From: Raillietiella orientalis
Lineage: Eukaryota
Length of the DNA stretch: 64,000 nucleotides
Reading direction: 5' to 3'
Assembly (NCBI GenBank): GCA_036172245.1
Contig: JAYWIR010000050.1
Location: 744,001 to 808,000, forward strand
Part shown: piece after piece, positions 13,101 through 24,736 of the stretch
Position numbering within the stretch: the first letter of the stretch is position 1
Layout of the letters: the number at the start of each line of letters is the position of its first letter
Translations under genes and position numbers: made by a program
The notes under the pieces: generated by a model
What the model saw: the letters and a program-made list of their open reading frames with translations, nothing else
What the model was told of the DNA's origin: nothing
The model's database searches: none

Positions 13101-16100
13101 GTAACACATGCAGATCCCTCCGCCCCGGCGGTTCTCGTGGTCTGGGTTTGGCTTTCTTCCTCGCTCCCGTGAGGGGAGCGCCACGCGTCTCGGCGGCTTC
13201 CCCTCGAACTGCGCGAACGAGGAAGGGAAAGGAAGTCCTCCTCTGCTTGCCCGCTCAGGGGACATCCGAAGTCCCTGGTGAGGCGGTCGACTCTCTGGGG
13301 AAACGCCGGACCATCTTCCCCTCGGAGCCGTCCATGACCCCAATCCTGGGGCTAGGGCCGACATCCAGAGGTCGCCTGAGCTTCCTATCGCAGGTAGGAG
13401 AGGTGGGACCCTTCCTCTCCCTGCTCTCCCCCGCAGGAAGGCAGAGGGAGAAATCGTTGCACAGCGACCGAGCCTCCCCTTCCACGCGAAGCCGTGACCG
13501 CCGTGTCCTTCCAGGCAAACACTGCCAGAAGCGGGTGCTCCGCATCACCTACAAGCCTCTCTCCAAGAGGATGCTGGAAGAGCCGTTCTGGCTCGGTCTC
13601 ATAGCAGTCGCCGTGGTGATGGCGATCCTCGGAACCGTCTGGTGCATCAGGCGACAGTTCTCCGAAAAGCTTGAAAAGTTCGTCTCTGAGGAGGTCGTTC
13701 GGAGCAAACTAAGTTGAGACTGGAGGCTCCAAGGGGACGGCCATCCACCCGCCCGCCCCACCCCTGTGCTTTTCCAGAGACCATTGTCCAGCCTTCTTCG
13801 AGGAAGCAGTCGTATAAGACCTCGCCGAAGCTCAGCCAGCAGACCAGCACCACCTCCCTATGGAACCGGTGCGTCTTCTACAGACCGTCCAACCTCAGCC
13901 TCAACTCGGTCGATTGCAGCCTCAACGCCAATGACGACTGCGCCTACGCGGACGAATTCTGCTACAAGAAAAGTGAGTGATGCGGCGCGGCTCCCGGAGC
14001 CGGACGGCCTGGCCAAGCCGTTCTTGCGAAGCCGGAAGCCTTCGAAACCCACTGCTCCCTCGCGCTGCCGGAAGTGCGGCTCGCGATCCCCCGAGCGCGT
14101 GCGCCGCGCGGCGCGGGTTCGAATCCCGTCCGGGCGGTCCGGCACCCCGAGAACGCGTGGCGCGTCGCGGGTTTCGTGTTTTCTCCTCCAGATGATGACG
14201 CTAGTTGCGCCCACGGGCGTCAGGTGCGACGACACTGGCGGAAACTCTCGGGTGCACCCGTTGATAGGTTGGGACTGGAAGTTCACCCTCCGCTGTCCTT
14301 CCGGGAATCGATGGGCCCTTCGGGGTTTTTCCCCTCCGGTTGCGAAAATGGAGCCGTCCGCCCCTCCCCCCCTCGGGGGAGACCCTCCGTCTCGCACCTT
14401 GGAGCTGGTCGGTACCCCCCTCGGGGGATTGCCCATCCAGAGTGTCAGAAGCGCCCTTCAGAGGAAACCGGGAAGCGTCCCTTCGGGGCAACCAGAGCCA
14501 AGGTTCCTCCCAAGTGCAAGAGGGACGCACTCCTCCCTTTGGAGTCTACCTGCGTTCATAGGGTTGCCCCCTGACTCGAAGGATGACTCACACCCTCGAG
14601 TGGCGTGGACGCTTCGTGAGCCTCAGGCGGGTGGTTCTCCAGTGCTTAGCCACCACCGTCGTGACCTCTCTTCGGCGCCGTTTTCTTGGTTCCTTGAGAG
14701 TTTTCCCCTACGTCAGATGGCGGAAGAATTGCCGCTGCCTCCGACGCCGTAGTCACCTCGTCCAGGAGGTCGCGCGCTGCAGGAAGTGAGACACGACCGC
14801 CTCCGTGGACTCTGCGTGCGCGCCCAGGGGGTTGACACTCGGTTGCGCCTGGGCATTTATTTATATAGAAAACAAACATACAGGTCAGTGGCAGGACACT
14901 TGGTCCTGTCACGTCATAAATGTAACCATGGGAACCTGCCGAGTACCGTCATGCAGGCCAGCGAGGTTCGCCTTGATAGCAGAGGGGAGAGGGGGTCGTG
15001 CTGAACCGGATGTGACGCTGCGACTGCTTCTCTGCGTGGGAAGGTGAGGTCACCCACGCGAAGTAACGGAGGAGCGCGGCTTTGCTCTCGCCCCCGTCTC
15101 ACCCCCTTCCCCACGGGAAGGAGGGTGAGGAGAACCCTTTCAGCCCCTCCTCAGGTAGCAAACAAAAAGGAAAACAAAAAAGAAAAATAAAACAGAAAAA
15201 TATATACAAAAAAAATTGCGAGGAATGGGCAGGGGGTTCACTGGGTGCTGAAGGGCGTCCTCTGCATCCTTGCCAGGGCGCCGGCAAGTTCCTGTTTCGC
15301 GACTTCCAGATGACGCCATCTTGACGCTATCCTCATGAAGAGGACAGCGCAATAGTTTCTCATGAAGGGCGTCCCTGTCGTTCTGACCCCTTCTGGAGTT
15401 GCTTCTCCATGCAGCTACGGTCACGCAGCGTGGGCAGCAAAGTGCTGCTGGGGATGCGGCCAGCATGAGGCGTCGCGCAGGAAGGGGTGCTTCAGGAGTT
15501 TTCTGGGGTTGCCCTCGGGGATCCTCAGAAACTTGGGCATTTTCGCGCCCTGCGGAGGGGGGGAGGGCGTCCCGTGTCCCGCGCCACCCTTTGGCGCGCC
15601 AGAGTGGCACGGCCGCCTCCCGAGGGCGCCTCGCGCACGTTCCGAGCCGTTCGGATGGATTTCGAGCTAGGCGGTAGAGGCGCAGGGGCGCCCGATGGCG
15701 GACCTGCGTCGCGAGCGATGGAGCCGTCACCATCGCGGCGCAGGTCCCTCTGTGAGACCGGTCGGTCCGCCTAGCCACCTACCGGACAACGCATGAACGA
15801 GCGGGTGGTCCGTGCCATTCCTCCTTGGTCCTGCCTCTAGGTAGTTCCTACCCGTTTCTGTTTCGGACCTGCAGATGCCTGATCCTTCCCGGATCCTCTT
15901 TGTTTTGCCCTCCTTTCTTAGAGTAATCCCCTCCAGGGAAGACTCCCTAGCTTGAAGATTAACACGTACCCTCGGGCAGTCTGGGCGAAGGGTTTCTTGA
16001 GCCCCTAGGCGGACGGTTCTTTAGCACTTGGCGAACCAAAAAAAGAAACCCAAGTTCTCGAGTCACCGTTAAGGCAAGGGTCGGCGAAGCCGGAGCCCTC

Positions 16101-19100
16101 GGAAGCGTTCGTCTTCTCCTCTTTGAACGCGTCCGCGGAGGGGAAAGGGGGGCGAGTTGCAGGAATAAAGGAGAAAAAGGGTGTCGCTCTGTGTCCTCTC
16201 CGACCGGGGCGCGAAGAGGCCTTAATCTTTCACCGGCCTCGACGACGACTTGGGGGCGCGACAAAACGAGCAGCTGCGCGCCATCTCGCGATGGGTACAG
16301 GTGGCACCGTGCAGGTAGGCAGACGAAAAAGACCTTGGCTCGCCCCGACGGTGTAGCCGACGACGATCTGTGGGACGCGCTCTCCTGGAGGGTGGCGACG
16401 CGTCCATCCGACCGACCCGCTTTCTAGTGCCGAGGGACTTCACGGTCCGCCTGTTCTACGGAGATGTCAACCTCTCTCTCACTTTCCTCCCCTCGTTTCT
16501 CTCCCATCTCCTCCCGTCCCTTCCCCTTTTCGTGCAATTTCACGACGAATCGCGCAGGGAGCGAGGAGTCGTCCCCCGCGCGCGGAGGGACCGCTCTCTC
16601 CGGGCGCACACAAACCACTCCGGCAAGCCGCGCTGCTCTAATGCAAACCGAATGCAAATGGGGCTCAAATAAATTCCGCGATCGACCCGCCGTGTTGTCC
16701 CATCACCTGCTGCTTCCCGAGAGGAGATTGCGCCTCGGAGAAGCTCTCTTCTCCTGCCTACCGTCTTCCTCCCCTCCCTCTCGCCTTCCCCTCCGCTCTG
16801 GTCTGCACGAGAGAAGGAGGACGAGAGCATGCAATTCCGCGCGATCCCGAAAAAGAGAGGGAGTCGACGGATCGGATGGTTGTCCGGGAGACCGGCTGGA
16901 ACGTCTGCAAAGATGACGGGAAACGTGGCCTATGGGATGGCTGCGAGCTGCTCCGGGAAGCTGAGGGAGTGGTCCCCCCCGATGTCCACTTCGCATTAGT
17001 CGACCGGAGCTCACTCTTCAGCGGTCCTCCTTCCAGTAACGTGGGATAGGGAGGGAAAGACAGAGAGCGAAAGAAGAAGGGGGCTCTTCCCTTTCAAAAG
17101 ATAAATAAACATTCGAAATTCCTCGAAGTAGGTCTCAGTCTGCGCAACGCCCCTATCCGACCCCAAGTCGCTTCTCACAGGACAGCGTGTTGCCCCTGCG
17201 TACTCACCAATGGTCGCGACGGCATGGGAAGCGGGGGCAACTGCAACGCGCGCTTTCCCTCACGGACGCTTCTTGCGCTCGCCCACAAACGAAAAACAGA
17301 AAATAAAAAAATAAAGAGGCCGAAAAAGTCGATCCCGATAAAATGCTGTGCCTAAAAGAGGAATACGTTGCAGAGACCAGCATCTTGAGGAGGAAGAACG
17401 CAACCTTCAAGCACCACACGTGCTCCTCGGACCCGAATCCCGGAACGGAAAAGAGGTGTCTCTTGCAATCCCTCGTCATTCCCGCAGCCGACAGGAGGCC
17501 GAGCCTCGACGAGCTACTCAAGATGACCACCCAGAGGATGAACTTCAGGAAGAAGTTCCACAAGAAGAGGTTCCTCCGGTCGGAAAGCCTGTCCGAGAGC
17601 GCCGACTCGAGGAGCAAGGAATCCGCCTTCTCCGAGGGACTGTCCGCCGCCGCCCAGAGCAAGAAGCACCTCTTCAGGAAGTCGCTGTCCGTCGACGAGA
17701 TCCAACTGGCGAAGAGGAGCCTCGTGCCGAAGATCGTGGCGCCCGTCATCTTCCACGCGAGCAGGGAAAACGCCGACACTCGGATGTCCGCCGAGGCCAA
17801 CAACGCGGGGCGAAAATCAGCCCGGGCGAGATCCAAAGCTCTCGCCCACAAGGACAGCGACAACGCGGACAGCGACTGTCTGAACAGCTCGCCGAGTGGT
17901 TGCTGCTCGACCCCGAACGCCGCTCGCGTGGACCTCTGCGTCGCGCCCGGGCTGCGGAGCGAGCAGGGTGACCTCATCCGGATCACCACGAGCTCCAGCA
18001 CGGACTCCTCGGCGTCCCAGTGGTCGGCCAAGTCGGACGTGGGAGCCTCGCGCACCGAAAGCCCCACCCTCTCGGAGGCTCGGGAATTCTCCGAACCGTC
18101 GTTCCTGTACGTCCTCAAATCCCCGTCGGACCACAAGATGCTCGCGAAGAAGAAGACCGACGGCCTCGGTCCCCTCGGCGAAATTCCTGCCGACTACAAG
18201 CACTACTCCCTGGATAGTGCGGGGAGGAGGGAGGACCGGACGTTGCTGTCGCCCATCTCGGAGCTGCGCACACCCTACCACACGCCTGCTGTCAGCCCCA
18301 TCCTGCCACGAGCGGTCGGCGACAGGTCGGAAGGGGCACCGGCGGCGGCCTTCGTCGACAACTCGCCCGTCGCCCCGCTTCTTCGCCCACCCGTCGTTAG
18401 GGAAGTCTGCGACGGTCCCCACGAAGTGTCCTGTGACTGCGGAGAGTGCCCGAAAGGGATCCAGTTGCCCGAAAAGTGGAAGAAGAGATGGCTCCTGCCT
18501 CCCCTGAACGTCGGAAGCTCCAGCTTCGTTCCGGTGACCGCCACTCTTCAGGTGAGTTTGCACCCAGCGCCACACCGCCACCCGCCCACGCCTTCAAGTG
18601 CCGCAACCCCCCCGGGGCACGTCGCGGCGACACTCCTGCCGAGGTGTCGCGCAGAATCGAGGGACCGGGAAGAGACTGCTCCTTTGCATTTCGCGGTTCT
18701 CCGGAACAGCGCTCGTTGCGCTTTTCCTTCTCCTCTCCCACCTTTAGGAGCACTCACTGCTCCTGGAGGAACGTAGGAAGCACCCGATCACTCCGGGTCG
18801 CTTATTCCAAGCGAACTGCCATACCCTGACGCGGCCTGGAGGCATGAACCCTGGAACGCCGACGCGCAGGTCAGCGGCCAAAAGAGGAAAGAAGGCTCTC
18901 AATACGGAGGGGTCGAAGGATGATAGAGGGAAATGAAAATAAACAAACAGGTAAGTGCACGATGCAGAGGGCGCCAGGAGCGAATCCTCTCGAGAAACAG
19001 AAATGGGTTTCCGTCTTTCGCACACCCTTTCTGAAATCCGAGCTGCCTGCTCCACGGCGGCCCGGATTATATGCAGATGGTGCGGTCGACTACCTTCAAC

Positions 19101-22100
19101 TTTCACCTTCGTCTTTCAATCGGTGCCTTCTCAGCCCTCCGGCGTGGTGCACCATGGCTCCAGCGTGAGCGATCGGCACTGCGTCCCCAACAACGCGATC
19201 TAAAAATACACGTCGAGCGACTGGGAAGCGACTTTGCAGCAGAAACGGATCGGCTTTGAGTAGCTCTCCCCGTGTTTGGCTGCAGGCAATGACTCTTGCG
19301 CCTGCTAAAAGAGACTATGTCGGACACTTGTAGAGTCCGACTACGTTGGACCTCGATTTCAGGGCAGGGGCGAGTCCACCCTGCTGCCCTTCGCGTCTCG
19401 TCTTCGTGTGCTGCTGCTGCTCCACCTCGTGGCGATCCGTGCGCGAGAGTGCTGCTCGGGTGGCGCAGCTCAGGATGGCCAGCGGCCAGCCGGCAAAGGG
19501 TGCTTGCGTCATGGAGGAATCTCCGCAGATGCCGAGGGGAGTCCTGCAGGAGTGCTGTCCATTCGCTGCGGAGGAACCAGAAGTTTGAAGGCGGGTGCGG
19601 GGTCGACACCTGCCCTCCCGCCGGCGCACTCGGGGACGCTTCCTCCCCCGTCCAGCGCTGTCAGCGACGGTGCAACGGCACCGGTGGAAATCCCCGGATG
19701 CTTCCGTTGACTGACCGAGATTGGAAGTTGACCCTCTGCTATCCTCCAGTTGCGAGAATGGAGCCGTACCATCGCGTACCATGGAGCTGGTTGATGCCCC
19801 CCCACGGAAGGTCCAGGGTAAAGGAAGCGCGTTGCTCCCTTCGGGGAGCGGACCCTCCAGGGAAATTGGGTAGTCTCCCTTAGGCGTTGTCTTTAGAAGA
19901 GCAAAGGGAGCGGTTCCCGTTCGGGTGCCCTCCAGTCAAGGAATTCCGGAAGAAGATCCTTTTTTGGGTTTCCTTCGAAGGAGAAACAATGGAGCGGCCC
20001 CCGCAAACCTGGGAGTTCCCCCTTCGGAGAGAATGAGGAAGAGGTGGTTCCCTTCCGAGACGACTAGGGTGGCGCTTCTCTTTCGGGGATCCCCCTACGG
20101 ATTCCTTCCTCCGGAACCTTCCCGGATTCATCCGGGTGGTCCCTACGGGGTCACCCTCTACAACTTGAAGAGCTACGCGCACCCCCATCCTCCCAGATGG
20201 CGCTGACAGCGTTGGAAGAGTCTCGTACGCTCCCACGTGGCGACACTGTCGAACCTCTCCGATGCCTCCCCTGAAGGGTGGATCGAGGACCAAAAGAAGG
20301 AAAGGTTCCTTTTTTGGTCTTCGGCCTTCTTTTTTTTTTGAGGGAGGGTTCTCTCAAAAAAAAAAAAAGAGACTTGAAAGAGAGAAGAGGATTGGAGCCC
20401 CGGAAGCCTTTCCAGTAGTGACGACCCCCCCGTGAGGTCGCTTCTGACGATTTAAGAAAAAAGGAAAGCTGGCGGGGAAGGAAAGAGGTCGCGGAGAACG
20501 CCTCCACGCGGCTCGCGGTCTGGGGCATCGGAACGATTGCCCTATCTCAGAGACGCCCCTGACCCCATTTTCCGGTCCAGATGTGCACTTGCAGAGTCCG
20601 TTCGGGCTCACCCTCTGCGATCGCGGCGAAGGAAAGGGGAGGGAGGTCGAAATGGGGACTCCCGAAACCGACGTGCCCTTTCCCGGAAGCCTGAACAGTC
20701 CTCTAACCGTGTTCTTTGTACACCTTCAAGATTCCTGGCAACCTGACCACCCTGGCAAAAAGCTCATGCGTCATGGAGGACAGTGTGTTCCTCGATGGCG
20801 GAGGGAACGCCCACGCGACTTCGCATGTCCCCAAGAGCAGATACCTGGTGGACCAAGCGAGCTTTTCGAGCATCCCCCTGCTCCAAGTGACCGAATGCAC
20901 CCCTCCGGACGCCAGAACCTTCGATGCTTACGGGAAAGACCCCGTTCCGGGAGGCGAGCACGGCGACGTGGGAACGGCTTCGGAAATGGACGGGAAGGTC
21001 CAGGCGGCGTCTAAGACTCCCGAGGACGATGGTCCTCCGAAGTTCTCGGACCTCCCCACCATCACCGTGACGGCTGCCTCTTTCGACACGGACTCCGAAC
21101 CCACGTCAAGACCGGAGATGAACATCTTCCTCCTACAGCCAGGCTTCCGCACCATCTCGGAGTCCAACCTGAGCACTTCGGGCTACAGCTCCCTCGCGAG
21201 CCCCGTTCCGTCCGTGCACCTGAATGCGATGTGCTCCCCGAACAACCGGTACGAGTGCCCTGAGGATCTGCACGGGACGAGGTGCGTCTGCTGCTCCGGG
21301 GACGCGTACCTGGACGTCGAACCGGACAAGACGGAGGGCGTGAAGCGCGTTTCGGACGAGATGGTACTCGTCATGGACTCCGGCTGCCAGACGGAAGCGC
21401 TCGATCTCCCGGACGACTTCGGCCAGCCGTCGATCGTGGTCATCCAGGAGGAAGAAGGCAGCTCCGTCTACAGGAGGACTCTTCCCCGAGCAGTGAAGCG
21501 CATTTGTGATTGTGTCTGTGATAACCAGGTCGGATACTTGGAGACAAAAGCGGCGAAGAGTCCGCTCTTTCCCGAGGAGGTGCTGCGGTACAAGCAGTTC
21601 AAGATGAAGAGCAGGAAGAACAGTCCCGACAGCCCGCTGAGTGACTGCTACCCGAGACATTCCGACATGTCCGTTGTGCTGTTCGGCAGATACCACCAGC
21701 CCCGCACAGACTCCGACTACGTCTACGACTATTCCAGCTTCGAGCCTCCCAGGAGCTACCTGCCCAAGGTCAAGAAGATCGAGAGGAGGAAGAAAGGATC
21801 GCGCTGTGATTCCTCGAGTCATTACGGTCCCAAGAGAGCGTTCTGCCGATCGAAGAGACTCGAGCGGATGCACCACCGGTTCCCGCGAAGATACGTCAGC
21901 CGGAGATACGTGTCCGATTGCAGCTCCTCCGACGGGTAAACTCGGCCGGTTCCCTCTGCCGCTGCTACGAGTTCGCGCCCGAAACTGCCTTCCAGGTATT
22001 CCCCGTCGAGCCCGTCGGTGTCCGATGATTCGCAGCTGTACGACAAGGCCTTGCTTGAGAAAGCTGGGAGGAGTCGGGACAGGTACAAGACGCCGGCTCA

Positions 22101-22188
22101 CAGCGGATGGTCTCACCAGAGAGTATGCAAGTCTACCAACCATCTTCACAGCTGCAATGCGACCTCGAAGGTACAGTCGTTCGTCTGA
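1105..22188 (+). CDS. Multi-exon type I transmembrane protein: 2 C-type lectin-like, 4 CUB and 3 EGF-like domains, TM helix, long cytoplasmic tail (5' end not identified)
   Basis: Phase-consistent GT-AG exons: 1105-1202, 3081-3266, 3468-3660, 3880-4070, 5161-5273, 5348-5510, 5581(or 5575)-5995, 10073-10287, 11158-11391, 11468-11872, 11943-12071, 12124-12333, 13515-13712, 13778-13972, 17374-18551, 20731-21935, 21996-22188. CTLD motifs: VWTG..LSWTDG..QWLPG..SCVEL..WNTRSCSARNFFVC and TCY..SWYAADSHC..FFWI..GCHEFGAYLCE. CUB motifs: TSPGFPEGYPDNAFCQW..FRLE..NCTYDYLE..FCG..FRSD, SSGYPHGYPAN..CLYDYL..YCG..FRSDSSVTGRGY, SLNFPFHYLPNLEC..CPDDYVEV..LCG. EGF motifs: CDADPCLNGGTC, CHDDPCSGHGEC..CDCFPTWEGKHC. 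TM: FWLGLIAVAVVMAILGTVWC. The 13972->17374 junction is the least certain. Confidence 0.85.
4215..4330. repeat. CT-rich low-complexity tract (intronic)
   Basis: Degenerate (CTT/CCT)n run. Confidence 0.65.
6436..6690. repeat. Dispersed repeat, homologous to 39410-39650
   Basis: Shared blocks such as acaatgggagtcgacct..gggtccttccaggaa and gcacca..cgtcgc at both loci. Confidence 0.6.
6750..7640 (-). mobile_element. Decayed L1/Tx1-like non-LTR retrotransposon 3' fragment with internal duplication (6841-7105 ~ 7384-7640)
   Basis: Minus-strand frames give LMLLLHWDLPCNSRQH and MLVDCITLRPLWKRF, resembling the zf-RVT/CCHC region at the end of LINE ORF2; homologous to 32551-33390 and 46400-47105. Confidence 0.6.
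10593..10710 (+). mobile_element. tRNA-derived SINE-like head
   Basis: B-box GGTTCGAATCCC at 10693-10704 with an A-box-like cagcgacgagggtcgaacg upstream; homologous copies on the minus strand at 26373-26474 and 26190-26283. Confidence 0.45.
14200..14560. repeat. Unclassified GC-rich dispersed repeat (family A)
   Basis: Shares ggaagtt.accctc, cctccggttgcga.aatggagccgt and c.tggagctgg blocks with 19640-20200, 33400-33790 and 39650-40250. Confidence 0.6.
14851..15530 (-). mobile_element. LINE-like 3' end nested in the family B repeat
   Basis: Colinear with 32551-33010 (tttatttata..aaacaaacat, gccatcttga..cctcatgaagaggacagc, gggatgcggcc); AATAAA near its 3' terminus on the minus strand. Confidence 0.65.
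14995..15112 (+). pseudogene. Duplicated fragment of the host EGF exon plus following intron (copy of 12285-12402)
   Basis: Ungapped match at offset 2710 including the aag|gtgaggtcacccacgcg donor; the TGG codon is TGA in the copy. Confidence 0.9.
19121..19310 (+). repeat. Dispersed repeat, copy 1 (copy 2 at 23335-23525)
   Basis: Long shared blocks, e.g. gggaagcgactttgcagcagaaacggatcggctttgagtagctc. Confidence 0.85.
19640..20200. repeat. Family A dispersed repeat
   Basis: Homologous to 14200-14560, 33400-33790 and 39650-40250 (ggagcggttccc, c.tc.ggagagaatgaggaa, c.ggattcat). Confidence 0.65.
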
Positions 22189-23334
22189 AAGATGATTGAG
22201 GTCGTGTTCGTACCCGATGAAGGACTGCATGATGGATAAATCGACCCATTTGTTTTTGTTTTTGTTTTTCTTCCTGTCTGTCTGTCTGTCTCTCGACAAA
22301 AAACGGATCTAGAAGTACGGGAGACTGTCTTCCGTCCGCAGCTGCTCTTTTGAACTAAGACGAACGCAAGGAGGTGGGGTGAGGTGGGTTGGGGATGCTC
22401 CACGGTCCAAAGGCATGCTTTGAGCTCCCGCCATCGCCGCAACCACAAAGTATTTCGATATACAGTTTTAAGAGATGCCTTGAGCGTGAACTCTTTCCGT
22501 GACTCTTTCGTATTCCGTCCGATCGGTTCCTGCTCTGCTCCTTGGAGTTCTCTCGAAGCTTCGTGAAAGTCTCGTGGCTGCTGCTGCCGAGAGAGCCGGT
22601 CTCTCGACCAGATGTTTCTTCTCAGTCGCAGAGGGGTGAGGGTCATTCTGGATTCATTGCTCATGGAAACAGGATTTCCCAGCGTTCAGGAATCTCGGTT
22701 ACCCGGAAAATGATTTTCTTTTTTCGTTCATTCTCTGTTATTTTCTTTCTTCCCCCCCTTCGCCCCGCTGACAGCACGGCCTGCTAGCCTTATCCCGACC
22801 AGACAACACTCTTGGAGTCAGATGGAAACTCTTTTTGCTACACTGCACCCTTCTATGTCTCCTGCGATCACGTGATGCTGCTGCACTGGCAGTCTGAGAT
22901 GTTCTGAAAGATTTCTCTGCGCCGCCTCCAAACTTAAATCGGAAAACACATTTCTTATTTCTTCTTCCTCCACGATGAACAAATCGACATTTCTGTTCCA
23001 CTGACAGTAGCCAAGTCCAAGTTTTGCTTTGTTTCGTTTTTTTCACCTCTGAAAAGAAGAAAAAGAAACCTGTGAAAATTACCGATGTCTCACCTTCCAG
23101 GGTTTTCACATTTCTTTCGAGAGCTTCCGAAGTGGTAGCTGAGGAAAGCACGGGGCGAGAAACTTGAAACTGGCCTGCCTCAAGTGTGGCTTTGAGGGGA
23201 GGCGCAGAAAGGTTGAGGCAGGCCGGCTTCAAGTTCTCTCGCCCTGCACAGTTCCCTCGGATGACTCCGTGCAGGTGCCCTGCGCCTTCGTCCCGAGGAC
23301 CCCCGGTGTTCGCTTCCGCGGGGTCTTCGCGCAC

Positions 23335-23525
23335 CGGCGGCTTCTCAGCCCTCCGGCGCGGTGCACCATGGCGCCAGCGTGCGTGATCGGCACGGCGCCG
23401 CCAACAACGCGATCTCAAAATACACGGCGAGCGCGACCGGGAAGCGACTTTGCAGCAGAAACGGATCGGCTTTGAGTAGCTCGCCCCGTGTTTGGCTGCA
23501 GGCAATGACCCTTGCGCTTGCTAGG
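23335..23525 (+). repeat. Dispersed repeat, copy 2 (copy 1 at 19121-19310)
   Basis: Direct alignment by eye with 19121-19310. Confidence 0.85.
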
Positions 23526-24736
23526 AGCCACGACTATCAATCTGCTGAGAAGACTTACCATTTCAGGGGGGTTTTTCTTTTTTTGGCATAGGAGGAACAC
23601 CTTTCAGAACCAAAAAGAAGCCAGGTCACGAACAGAAACAAGGAGGAGAAAATGGGGATACGAAACTCGTTGCGCTGTTTATGCCCGTTCGACAAAGAAC
23701 ACAATTGTCGATGGTCCCATAACGTCCAAACATCAAGGGAGAATGCATGCTGTTTTCGTACTCCAGCAGCCGCCACCGATTCACAAACAAATGCTCTCAT
23801 AGAGAACAATCAGCTGTTAACTTTTTTGCTGGGGAAAAAAAAGTCGTAAAGAACAGGAAGAAAGCTCTTCGGTATTCCGTTTTTCGGTGCCCTGGGATGC
23901 ACTGAAGATCACACATTGAGATCATCCATCTAACTACCTTCCACAGGAATAAGAAGCTGGAGATTTTTTGGAAGAAGAAAAGGACGAGAAAAAAAAAAAG
24001 TACACCCACCTTGGTACTAAAAAAAAAAAATTCTCTTGCTTTTGAAAGCAGTGGGATAGCAGCTCGATCACACAGTTATTCCTAAGTGATGAGAACTTTC
24101 CAGAAAGTTCTACCGAAGAACCAATTTGGATAGGGAAAGGTAGTGAAACTTTGCCTCGCATTCTCGGCGGTCTTCCTTGCTCTTCGATGCACAGCACACT
24201 TCCTGATCCGGCATTCCCATTCCACGTTCAAGGAAGGGAAGTAGAAGGAGAGAAGAAGAGGAGTGTGGTCGCATTCTGCTTCCTCCACCATGACGCACGG
24301 CAAAAATCCTTGCCGCGGCCTCTTTGCCGCCCACCAGACGTCTCCGCTTTCCGTACGGACAGCGTCTGGAGGCGCGGTCAAAAGGTCGCGGGACCCTCGC
24401 AGCAAGCCATCGCCTTCAGCGGCCAGCCTTCGTCTCTGGTCGCCGTCGACCTCCCTTTCAGACCTCGCGTTTGGCCACGTCCGCCCGCCGGTCGCTGCTC
24501 ACCTTGGCCGGCGGCGCAGAACGTCCCGGGGCTCGCGCCCAGGATAGGCTCGATGTTGGCGCCGCGCCGTCCTCCTCCCTCCCCCCTTGGTTTCTTCTGC
24601 GCGAGTCCGCCGCGCACCTCGCCGTCCGCGCGGCCCCGTCTTGCTGAAGCCGCCACTCCCTCCGTCGGCGAAGAGGCGCGACTGCATTCGGTCCGCTTGG
24701 CTGGCGGCGCTTCTGGCGACCGAGCCTCCGCCGGAC

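Larger units (their letters stand above)
14702..15886. repeat. Unclassified dispersed repeat (family B), interrupted by a nested ~760-bp insertion
   Basis: 14702-14805 and 15567-15886 match 29325-29428 and 29436-29754, which are contiguous at the 29-kb locus. Confidence 0.75.

Noticed and set aside
10693..14127. GGTTCGAATCCC motifs as tRNA genes
   Set aside because: No cloverleaf or acceptor stem can be formed; treated as SINE-like or chance B-boxes
14922..14935. X-box-like GTAACCATGGGAAC
   Set aside because: Inside a LINE-derived insertion in an intron, with no nearby gene start
17181..17306. In-frame segment upstream of the 17374 exon after a good acceptor
   Set aside because: Ends in TAA with no donor site, and its phase does not match the previous exon
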